A program made the translations under genes and the position numbers. Positions 11,990 to 22,857 of a stretch of DNA of 64,000 bases are shown here, piece by piece. The notes under the pieces are model-generated. The model was given only the letters and a program-made list of their open reading frames with translations, searched no databases and was not told the DNA's origin. The stretch is taken from positions 9,528,283 through 9,592,282 of the forward strand of contig OZ316892.1 of NCBI GenBank assembly GCA_973895155.1. The letters are read 5' to 3'. This stretch comes from Marsupella aquatica. Taxonomy: Eukaryota; Plantae; Marchantiophyta. Every line of letters begins with the position of its first letter. The stretch's first letter is position 1.

Positions 11990-13926
11990 AATTCAGTAAT
12001 GTGAAGATTCCACCAGTCAATCAATTTAGTGCGTGCACCGATTGTGAAGAGTTCAAGTCAATTCGAGACAAAGCTGTTTCCGACAATGAAAAAAGTAAGT
12101 TAGTATTTGAAATTCAACCATTTACAGAAAGTGTTGAAGTCTTTTTAGTGGTTTAGAGTGACTAACTTTGTTTATTTGTAGGGCGAGGAGAATTGATGTT
12201 ACAAAAACACCGGGACCAACAATCAAAGGAACACGAGAAACTTGCCAAGCACCGAAAAATATGTTTTTAAAATCCTGAAAAATATTTGGGAGTTGTTATT
12301 GATGGGATGGATCAAAAGAAGACAAGGTTGCCTCATTGGCCATGCCCTCCAAAATCTGTGGATGAAACCTGTTTAATTCAAATGCATGTTGTAGGTTGTT
12401 TGGTTTTCAGTGGGGTACTCTTTTCAAGAGTGTTCCTGAATTATCCTGTTTTACATAATGATGGAAACTTAATAGTTACAATTCTACAAAGGATATTTCA
12501 TGAATGGGAACAAAAACCCAATGGCCTACCACCTATTTTGTATCTTCAACTTGATAATACTAGCAGAGAAAACAAAAATAATCTGCTTTTTGCATATCTT
12601 CACATGTTGATCCAAAAGAAAATATTTCGGAAAATTAAACTAGGATTTTTACTTGTTGGACACACTCACGACCAAATAGATCAAATGTTTAGCCGTTTTT
12701 CTAAACGGCTAGCAAGGTTTAAAGCTTTTACATATGAAAGCTTGTGTGACATCATTCGTGAGTCTTATCAACCCCAACCAGACATCACCCTCTTAAAGGA
12801 AACATACGATTTCCGTCAATTTGCATTCTCAGATCCTGATTTAGTCATTGAGAGGATACGGAATGTCACCTTTCATCATCAATACAAATTTTCATTTGAC
12901 AACTTACCAGATCATGTTCCAACACAATGGGGGAAAAAATTCTCCACAGATTCTACCTGGAGACCAGACGGAGGGGTGAAGTTCTTGAGGGAAGAGGAGC
13001 CACAAAAGATAATGGGATGTGCTCCCGGAATCCCCCTTTTCAAGAAGGGGGAGAAGAAACGCGATGACAACGGCACAAGGACTCAACCAAATTTGTCAGG
13101 GTCTTCAAATATGACTTCTACTGAGATGGATGATTGCTTGAACGACATTCAAAAGGGTATATTTGCAGTTCAAACATTATTTTCCGAAGAGGAAGTCAAT
13201 TGGTGGACAAGGTTTTTTGAGGAACAACGAGAATTCAATAAAGCTTTGCTCAACAATCAAAGGCAACTCGAATTTCCTTTTCGGTGGCCTAAAGCTCAAG
13301 GGGAGACCATTGCTGATGTTGAAGTTCCAGGTGTTCTCTTGAATGAAGAAGAAATGGAAGAGAGAGTTTATGGCCCTACTCAAGATATATATGTTGGTCC
13401 TTATCGGAACCAGGAAAAAATTGATGCAGAGAAGGAGAACATGGAAGGAGATTTTTCAGATCTTGAAGTCAACACTTTCATTTCTGTAGCTGGAGAAGAG
13501 TCGCAAACATTCTGGGTGGCCAAGGTGAAAAGAATTGTTCTTCGTGACGAGTTGAATATTCCAAAAATTATCTATGTTCTTTGGCATGCTGCAAAGACAG
13601 GATCAGATCCGTGGAAAGCAAAGTACTTACCGGAAGTCTTGAATTACGAGAAGAAAAAAAGTGGACGGGGTAAAGGTACTCTGAAACCTATATGGTTTCA
13701 CCAGGAACTTGATTTATCATCCACGACTGTCTTCGCCTATAATTTCATGTTGACAAAGTCAGATACCTTGTACAAGAAAACCGTAAATAGAATCAAAATT
13801 CGGTTGGCCGAATTCCTAGCGGAAGAGAAAGACCAAGTACAAGAGGCTAGGTCAGTTAGAACATCAGAAGTAAGTCATTCTAGAGATATTTTGGCTGAAG
13901 ACTCGATAAGTTCTGATTCAGAGTAA
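11990..13926 (+). mobile_element. Sola-like DDD DNA transposase (DUF7869-type), 5'-truncated, with one premature stop
   Basis: CxxC (FSACTDCEEFK), GT-AG intron 12095-12181, in-frame TAA at 12268-12270, then IDGMDQKK, YLQLDNTSRENKN and LLVGHTHDQIDQMFS catalytic motifs in the 546-aa ORF. No TIRs identified. Confidence 0.7.
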
Positions 13927-14485
13927 TTAGTTTTTGTAGTAGTTTGTTACGTGTACATTACATAAACATAAAAGGAAAAGGTTTTGAAGATTGAGATGTG
14001 ATCAAATTTCTTAGTTCATGAATTCATGGTGACAATATTTTATAAAAGTCTATTTTTATGATTGAAATGGAAAACAATGTGTTTTTGAATAGAAATGACC
14101 GGTGCTGGCCCTTGCATTTGTGGAGAGACAAGAAGATATCATATTTCATGATTTTAAGTTTTTCTCATGTTTAATGAATTGTGGACCTAGTTTAATTGTT
14201 ACTTAAAAGTACAAATCATGTCTGGAGTGAAATTGCTCAATTGGCATACTAAAATCAGAGGTAGAGTTTTAATTGAAAGTAAGTTGAGATCATTTGGTGA
14301 TTTTGAAGTGGTGAAAAGGATGTGCCATTTCAGGACTTCCAATATATTTTATAATTTTATCCAAAAATGGATACTATTTGTGGCATTTTTTTGGCCTTTT
14401 TATTTCTTTCTACAATTTTTTTACTAGAGTGCCTAGAGTTTGGGCTTGTTACTCATCATTTAAGGCTTCATGTTAGTGGTTATTC

Positions 14486-17001
14486 TTACCATTTGGGTTG
14501 AAGAATGCACCAGCTAAGTTCCAGAGAGTCATGGATCGAATCCTTGCAGGTTTGGATTTTGTCAGATGTTATATTGATGATATTTTGGTCTATTCTTCTG
14601 TAGAAGAACATCTGCAGCACTTGCAAATTGTGTTGGAGAGATTGAGAGCACATGGGTTCAAGCTCCATCCTATCAAGTGTAAGTTCTTCCAAGACCAGAT
14701 TGAGTATTTGGTCCACACTATATACCCAGGGGGATTGGGTGTACAGCAGACTAAAGTGGAGGCCATTACCCAGATTCCTTGTCATACTGATGTGAGTAGA
14801 GTTCGTGCATTCTTGGGATTGGCGAGCTACTACAAGAGGTATGTTAAAGGATTTAGTCAGCTTGCTAAACCTTTGACCATACTCACTAAGTTGGATCATG
14901 AATGGATTTGGGATGATGACTAGGAGCATGCCTTTCAGGAGTTGAAGCAAAGGTTGGCATCATCCCCTATTTTGAGAAGACCCATTTCAGGCAGACCATT
15001 TCAGCTACACACTGATTGGAGTGGAGTAGGACTTGGAGCAGTGCTGACTCAGAAGGATGATGAGGGGAATGAGTTTGTTGTGGCTTATGCCAGTAGATCA
15101 AACAATTCAGCAGAGGCTAAGTATAGCTCTTATGAGGGAGAGTGTTTGGCAGCAGTGTGGGTTGTTGCACACTTTCGTTGCTACTTGTTTGGTAACCCCT
15201 TCACCTTGATCACTGATCATCAGCCTCTTAAGTGGTTAATGGAGTTTGACAAGCTTACAGGGAAGCTTGCACGATGGGCATTGTTGTTACAGGAGTATGA
15301 TTTCCAGGTGGTGCATAGGCCTGGAAAAGTGAACTTGGATGCAGATGGATTAAGCCACAATCCATGTACCAGTCAGCAGGATGAGACTGGAGCCAGATGG
15401 CATGATGAGTCAGATAAGGAGATGGTGCCAGGATGGCATGCATCTGCCTTTCTTTGTTGGGTGCCAGCATACAGTGGATCTGTGGACTCTACCTCATTGG
15501 ATGGAGTGGATGATGAGTCTTCAGATGTGGATGTTGGTGAGGTAACTTCAGGACAGCAAGATATTCACAATGATGTGAGAGTGTTGGAATATCTGTGCAG
15601 TGGTTCTGTTGTTGGTAGTGTTGATGCCAAAGAACGTGACAGGGTTCTATAGAGAGCCAAGAGGTTTCGATGGAAGGGAAACCATCTTTTAAGAGTACTG
15701 CATGATGGTAGGGTGTTGGTGGTACCAAAACCATCACAACGAGTATATTTGGTGCGACATGCACACGAGGAGTTGGGTCACTTTGGTGTGAAGCGCACTA
15801 TAGCTTGCTGCAGACACAGTATTGGTGGCGTGGTATGCACACTCATGCCCAGCAGTTGATAGCTAAGTGTGTGGTATGTGATAGAGTGAGAGCATCATTT
15901 AATGCTCCCACTCCCCAGTTGCACCCGTTGCCAATCATGGGTTTAGGATATCGTTGGAGTTTGGATTTTGCTGGTCCATTACCTCTTATCCAACGTCATA
16001 ATCGGTATGTTTTGGTCATGGTGGAGCACTTCTCCAAGTGGATTGAGCTAGTGGCGTTGCCAGATAAAGCCAGTGGAGGAGTTGCTGCTATATTTTTGGA
16101 TCGTGTACTCAGTCATTTTGGAGCACCAGCTGAGGTGTTGACTGATCAGGGAACTGAGTTCCATGGAGAGTTTGAGAGTTTGTGTGAACAAGCTCTGATT
16201 GATCATCGTACTACCTCTCGTGATCATCCTGAGGTAGATGGATTAGCTGAGAGAGTTGGGCAAACTGTGAAGAGAGGATTACGTAAGTATGGCTTGCAGG
16301 TTCGTCATCTGAGAGATTGGGATCTCCAACTACATTGGTTAGCTATGGGCTACCGTTTCAATCGGCAAGCATCACTTGCATCCTTTTCACCTTACTTTTT
16401 GCTCTATGGTAGAGAGCCAGATTTGCCAGCAGCTATTCGTCGTGATGCTACACCAGTTGTGAACTTGGATGATCCTGATGTTTGGGTCAAGGTGTGTTCA
16501 GAGAGAGCACGGGTATTTCAGAGAGTGATGCCCATGGCTTTTGACAACCTTGCCATTTCCCAACATCCTGATACTTTGAGGTATGCCACTATTCGTGGAG
16601 GAGGTTACCGTGCAAGCATTCGACGATTTCATCCTGGTGATTATGTTTATTTGCAGCAGACAACACCCACGACACTTGATGTGACCGCAAGCCGGATAAT
16701 CTTATGTGTGCGTGAAGTGTTGCCTTCTGGTGTCCTGATGTTGGAGGAATGCGATGGTATGGTTTGGAAGGATCATGTGCGCAACTGTGCGCCATGTCAC
16801 CTTCCCAACATTGATGGTACAATAGATCCAAGCTTGGCACATGTTTGTGCTGGCTTGAAATGTATGTTGTGTGAATCTACTCAGGGAGCAGCTACTACGT
16901 TGATTTGTGATAAGTGTTCTAGAGGATGGCACATGTCATGTTTGACACCACCATTGCAGGTGATTCCTAGTGGATCATGGTTGTGTCCTCAGTGTCGGTG
17001 A
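14486..17001 (+). mobile_element. Ty3/Gypsy pol remnant: RT (partial), RNase H, integrase, C-terminal PHD finger
   Basis: PFGLKNAPAKFQ and YIDD (RT); TDWS..GLGAVLTQ, ECLAAVW and TDHQPL (RNase H); integrase HHCC, SLDFAGPL and TDQGTEF; terminal C4HC3 PHD. Domain order RT-RH-INT indicates Gypsy. Stops at 14921 and 15650 and a frameshift near 15800. Confidence 0.93.
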
Positions 17002-17161
17002 AGCCAACTAGTTATCATTTGTGTTCTCTTGGCAAATATGGATTGCAGGTAGGTGATCGATGGGGCTCACTTGCACCCGGCCTCCTGATCTTCACACCTA
17101 AAAATGTGTATATCAACCTTGTAGAACTCATGGCTAGCTAGAGTTAGGGGACCTTACTCCC

Positions 17162-17300
17162 AGCTAGGGGGGCGATTGTGGGTTTTGGACATGTGTGGAC
17201 ATGAGTTCCACTTGTATTCCACTCTCTTGTGTTTGTGATGTGGCAGTGTGACTATGTTTGGATGTATGTGACAAGCGATGTATGTTGTGTAGCGATGTGT
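17162..17300 (+). mobile_element. Putative polypurine tract and start of the Gypsy 3' LTR
   Basis: agggggg (17166-17172) is followed after four bases by TGTG at 17177, ~170 bp after the pol stop. LTR end not determined. Confidence 0.5.
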
Positions 17301-18300
17301 ATGCGCACGACACACTTCACTTCAAGGCAATGTTGTTTTCTGTCTAGAGGCACATCTATTGCTATTCCATGATCATCAAGCACCTGCTGCAGCACTTGGA
17401 TCATTCAAGTGATGGACTGATAGCTAGCATTAAACCCAGGTCTCTCCTGGAACCTGGCATTGTTGACTTTGTCATGTCAACTTTCAACGCAGTGGCACGA
17501 GTAGTTTTTGGAGGGCGGCTCGTTGTAAAAAATGACACACTTCTTAAAGATAATCTTGTCACTCTTGAACTCAAAGTGGGCAAGATCCACTTTGGGGCAT
17601 CCCATGGTCAGTGCTCCATTTGTCAACATCTTTTGGAAACATTGCCTAGGTGAATGCATTTCATATGTCAAAACTTACCACATGAATCGCATTACTCTAG
17701 CACAACAACAGAAAGTACAATTCACATACCCTTCTTGACACAACATAAACTAGAATTCACGTACCCTTCTCTACACAACATACTCGGTACCAACAAGACA
17801 TAAACTACATTGCACATACCCTAGCTCGCATCTCATCTGGATCAATGTTGGGACCATGATTGTGCCAGAATGCAACAATTTTTGATTTCACAGCAGTCAG
17901 CATGCTGGTGAACTCTTGAGATTCAATCATTGTACCGCTCTATGGTCTTACTCAGAACCCATGTTATCTCATCCCTTCATGAGCTAACTTGAGGTCATTC
18001 ACCCATTGTAGCAACCACAACATTTGTTGTCGCTTGAGTTTCCACACTCGTCCAGGGTAGGAACCCAAAGTTGACTCTTGGTTGTGAATCGTGGCTGCCA
18101 CACTCATTGGATTCCTATAGACAAACACAAACCAAAGCATTGTCTAAATTGCAAAACATAAACCAGGAGCGGGACTAGGAGTAATTTGAATCCATCCATA
18201 CCAGAACATGAACTAGTAGTCGTGTGTGAAATGAACATAGAATGATCAAATCAAAAGCCACAAACCTCTAGCGTGCCACCATTTTGGGACGACCAACCGG

Positions 18301-18522
18301 TCACGGTTCTGGATTCATGCAATGTACTGATCGCATGTGATCCACAAAAGCCTGCGTTTTCACAAAGTGTTGGCATGAGTCATCCGTGATGATTTTGCAA
18401 AGAAAACCTGACCCTGATGTTCTTTTGTGGGATGGTTGTAGATCTTTCGCTTGCATCCAATGTTTGTTCATCTTGGCTATTGGAAACCTAGGCCCTACAA
18501 CACATTGCCAAGGGAGCGCCAT
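18301..18522 (-). pseudogene. Short exon-like fragment with a C2H2 zinc-finger-like motif
   Basis: FLCKIITDDSCQHFVKTQAFVDHMRSVH fits C-x7-C-x12-H-x4-H loosely. Confidence 0.3.
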
Positions 18523-19169
18523 TCCCTACATGACAATACATTTGCATCAATGAGTAGAACATAAACTGTGAATCTAAAGTAAGGGCCGGTAGCGACATTC
18601 AAACAATCCATTTGGTAACACCAGAGACAAAGTACTCGTATGACATGCAGCAGTGATCATTTGAATGAAACTGCTTACTTGAACAGGACGTCTCAGTCAG
18701 TTGTCGAGCTTCAGTTTTGAAACCAAATGAAGGCAAAATGTGATAGAACCTAAACAATAACACACTATTTGCAAATGAGGAAAAAACCAGGGAAAAAACA
18801 CTACACCGTTTGTGAAGCCCTAAACCCTCCACAAATGAAGATGCAGATTGCAAGGTGGGAGAACATCCGAAAGTTGCTTACAGCAGAGCGCCAAAAGTAC
18901 TTGCAAGTTACTGGCAATGAACGGACCACGCAAGTACTTCAAAGCTGTATGAATTCTGCCACCGTAAAAACAGGTTGAAGAACGCACGATCAGCGGCAAA
19001 ACATTGATGATTAGACTTGTCAAAAAGCACAGGAAAACACCCAGGGTCCTCACCTCCTCGCTGATGTAACCCCGGACTCGTCTTGGGTAACTTGACTTGA
19101 GTTCATAGGGCTTCTCCAAACTCTATAGCTCCAACAGATACAGCTTTGGCTTTGAATGAATGACCCACA

Positions 19170-19405
19170 TTGCTTTTGGCATAGCTTTTTCACAGGGTGA
19201 TGTGAATTTTAAATATTATTTTCACTAGCCACTATAATGACTTTCATGACATTGACCAATTTTTATTTCACTAGCCACTATAGTGACTGTCATATGGCCA
19301 ATTTTTTATGGCATAGTTTTTTTCACATGGTTCTGTAATTTTTTTATTTTTCATTGACTAGCCACTGTAGTGAATTAATGACATACAAAGCAATTTTTAT
19401 GGCAG
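19170..19405. repeat. Degenerate tandem repeats
   Basis: actagccact(a/g)ta(a/g)tga occurs three times (~19224, ~19270, ~19357); ggcatag(c/t)tttttcaca-like motif occurs twice. Confidence 0.65.
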
Positions 19406-19804
19406 AGTCATGAATTTGGTGGTCCATTATTCTTTTTGTCTGTAACATTAAATACCAAATTAGGATATATCAAAATTTTGACGATTCAAAATTGGTAGAC
19501 TGGAGTTGTGTAGTTTTGATCGGTTGGAGCTAGGCAGCTGTTCATGCAGGGGATCCTCAGTCTTCGGTTTTGTGTCTCGGAAGACTAAATTGCTTCTCAG
19601 AAGTAATTTATGTGTCTCGGAAAACTTCTGCATGCAATCCGAGTGCCAATTGATTGACAAATACATATCAAGCAGATGTGTCTTTAGCCAGATTTAACCT
19701 GACGGGCAACTTGATGCTGCTGGGCACGTAAAACCATCAAATGACGGGCCAAAAATAGACAACTTGACACATATTCTCAGTCACCAGCCATTCCCAAGTT
19801 TTTC

Positions 19805-20157
19805 CCCAGGCAGACTCCCCGGTCAAGCGAGCCGGTTCCCGGTTTGGGATCCCGGCCGGGCAGGGTCAGGGTAGGGGCCGGGTCGGGTGGGTGGGTTGGA
19901 GGACCGGGCGAGGTCGGGGCCGTGCCAGGTCAAAATTGGGTGGGCCGGGTCGAAAATGGTGGGGGACCGCGCAAGGTCGGGGCCGGCACGGGTCGAAAAA
20001 TGGTCGGGGCGGGGTCAGGGCCGGGCAGGGCTGTGCAGGGCCGGGCAGGAATCGGGGTCGGGGCTGGGCCGGGCCGGGTGGGTGGGGGACCCGGGGACCG
20101 GGCGACCGGGTGACGGAATGCCGGTTTGACGGGGTCGAGTGTCGAGAGCCCCTAAAC
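19805..20157. repeat. GC-rich GGGCCGG/GGGTCG low-complexity tract upstream of the TFIIB copy
   Basis: Dense G-runs with repeated gggccggg, ggggtcg and ggtcgaaaa units. The minus strand begins TAGGGGCTCTCGAC, resembling a DNA-transposon end with subterminal repeats. Confidence 0.55.
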
Positions 20158-20293
20158 TGAGTCAGAGAGAGGTAGAGAGCGAGAGAGATGGCGGAGAAAT
20201 CGGCGGCGTGGAGCAAGCCGCAGGCGACGACACCGTTGCTGGTGAACGATTTCTTCTTTTTGTGAAGGAAAGTGTAGGGAAGCGAATTGGAAG

Positions 20294-22210
20294 ATGAATA
20301 AGGTGAATAAGGTGGTGTGCCCAGAATGTCACAGAGCAACAGAGGTAGTGGTCGATCATGCGGCAGGGGACATGGTGTGCTCGGAGTGTGGACTGGTCCT
20401 GGAGGCCCATTCGATAGACGAGACCTCAGAATGGCGAACGTTCTCCAACGAGTCATCGTCTAACGACCCCGTCCGTGTTGGAGGGCCCTCCAATCCTCTC
20501 CTCACAGGCGGCGGAATGTCCACAATCATCACTAAACCAAATGGGGCTCAGGGAGATATCATGTCGTCGCTGGGCCGTTGGCAGGACCGGGGCTCCAATC
20601 CCGATCGGTCTCTCAGCATCGCGTTCCGCACAATTGCCACTATGGCTGATCGGTGAGTTTGTTGCGCTTTAATCTACTCCGAAAGCACAATTTCCTCCAA
20701 TATCGTCCGGTAGACTTCGGGACTGTTTTGTCATCTAATGTACCTCCAGCTACTTTAGTTGGCTTTGGTAGTATGTGAGGCCCTTAACACCACAATCTGC
20801 CGTCTACCAGGGGTCCACTTTACTTCTGCAATCCCTAGAATATTGGTCAAGTTGGCATATCTCTATTTGCAAGACGTCCTGTGGTTAAGGGGTTGCAAGA
20901 GCGCGTGATGTTCTGTGTGTCCCTTGTCCTGATGTATTGTAACGCAATTGTCCTCTCCAGGATGTAAAGATTCTTCTGTTGTCTAATCTGTGTAGGCATT
21001 GCTGTTGTCATCAAAGAACAGATGTGCCCACCTTGTCCTCCTCCTAGCTATAAATGGAAATGCGGATTTCTGATGTTGTTCTTCGCGTTTATGTATTATG
21101 TTGATGTTGGCAGGTTGGGGCTCGTCTCCACCATCAAGGTGTGTATCAGTCTCTAATCAGTGCTATCTAGGACGTCCAAGTTTAGTTTCTCAACTTTGAT
21201 GTGTCGAGTCGAATTTGTCAGAAAGAAAAACTGTGGTGTGTTTCAAATTATAAATCGGAATTCTAGAGGGACACATGAGACTGACAGTAGTATTTTGCAT
21301 AAACTGGAGACCTGTTTAATAATGTTGTATGAATGCATTATTAGAGTCGTTGTCAGATGGTTCAATAGTAATACTGAATGTTTTGGTACAGTTTTTTCCG
21401 GACACAAACCTGGTCTCTACTTGTCTGTTTGTTATGTTGCATGTAATATTGTGAGTCATTGAAAACAGTATGATATTAGGCCTACTGTCAACCTAGAATT
21501 TGCCATGTGCTCTTCGACTCCTGATTTACCCCAACGTGTGGGAAGGAAACAATGAGTCATAATGTATGCCTAAGTTTGTTTCTATGGTGCTCCTGCCGAA
21601 ACTGCAGCTAAATTATGTCTTGTTGTTAATTCTGTGCAACGCACGTCTTGACCAGGTGAGGTGTTAACCCTTTGCAACAGAGATGTGCTAAATGCACTCC
21701 CGCCTCTTCGTTGTGAATGATCGGGCCAATGAGATCTACAAGAAGGTGGAGGATTTGAAGTCCATCAGAGGCAGGAGCCAAGATGCCATTCTGGCTGCTT
21801 GTCTCTACATTGCTTCCAGGCAGGAGGACAAACCGCGTACTTTTAAAGGTATTGTGGGAACCAACTTCTTTGCAACGAATTCTAAGTAGCATGAAGATGT
21901 AAGACCGATCGGGATGCGGAAGGCATTGGTCATATAATTTTGGCGCTGAGAAGGAAAACATAACTGGGACGATGCTAATAGAGATATTCCGTCTCCTCCT
22001 GAGAACATCAAGTCTCAGTAGCTTTGCCTCTCTCGAGCTAAATACTACTTGGCGTGGCGGTTCCTTTGTCATAGTCCGGCGCAAAGTAAGACTGCAGAAA
22101 TATGCTCCGTAGCAAATGGCGCTTCTAAAAAAGAGATTGATCGTGCCACAAAGTTCATTGTCAAGCAATTGGAAGAGGAAATGGGAATGTCCATGGAGAT
22201 GGGCACAATC
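20294..22210 (+). pseudogene. TFIIB: Transcription initiation factor IIB, 3'-truncated copy
   Basis: Exon 1 (20294-20652) has the Zn ribbon CPEC...[16 protein letters not shown] and DPVRVG. Exon 2 (~21115-21138) LGLVSTIK; exon 3 (~21719-21848) DRANEIYKK...[10 protein letters not shown], with no clean AG acceptor; exon 4 (22098-22210) EICSVANGA...MEMGTI. Homology stops before HAGDF; the second cyclin repeat is absent. Confidence 0.88.
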
Positions 22211-22769
22211 TTTCCCTCCACACTTAAACCCTAAACATCACCCACTGAGAAACCCTCCCATAGACAAAGGCTGTTTGGAAACACTTGGATGGATGAAAAG
22301 CCCCTATAGACACAAAGGTTGGCTCTACAGATTTGGATGGACTTCACCGGCTGAAATAAAAGGCTCACAAACACAAAGGTGGATTCGAGAGACTCCCATG
22401 AACAGGAGACATACCCTTGCTCTACCCCACACTTCCCATCATAGGACCCTCGTACCCTACAAGTGGTTTTTGGTTGATTAATGAAAAACATGATCTATAT
22501 TAAGATGCACTTTGTGCAAAGTGGATCACTCCCTGTGCTGACTTTGAGGGCTCAGATTCTTTTGAAAGTTAAAAATTGAAATTATAGGGAGAATAATACT
22601 CTGGGAAACTGAAGTCCCCGTGGGCCCAAATGTTTGATAAAATCTTTGACTACGAAACTGTCATTGTAATCAAGTTGAAGGACGGGCTAACGCTGGGTCA
22701 GCAACCATACTCTTCAAGAGAATGACCTCGCACAATGGCGACTGCGGGTGCTCGACCTTCAACTTGATT

Positions 22770-22857
22770 ACACAAACGTAAAGATGAAGTCCGGTATAAC
22801 ATTATACGAAGAGACACAAACGTAAAGATGAAGTCCGGTATAACATTATACGAAGAG
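22770..22857. repeat. Perfect tandem duplication, 2 x 44 bp
   Basis: acacaaacgtaaagatgaagtccggtataacattatacgaagag at 22770 and 22814. Confidence 0.95.

Noticed and set aside
12268-12270. In-frame TAA as an RNA-editing or readthrough site
   Set aside because: Nuclear TE context; a simple nonsense mutation is more parsimonious.
19844-20456. Gly/Arg/Pro-rich ORFs in several frames
   Set aside because: By-product of GC-rich low-complexity sequence lacking stop codons.
22770-22857. Possible CRISPR-like repeat
   Set aside because: Only two adjacent copies, no spacers, eukaryotic context.
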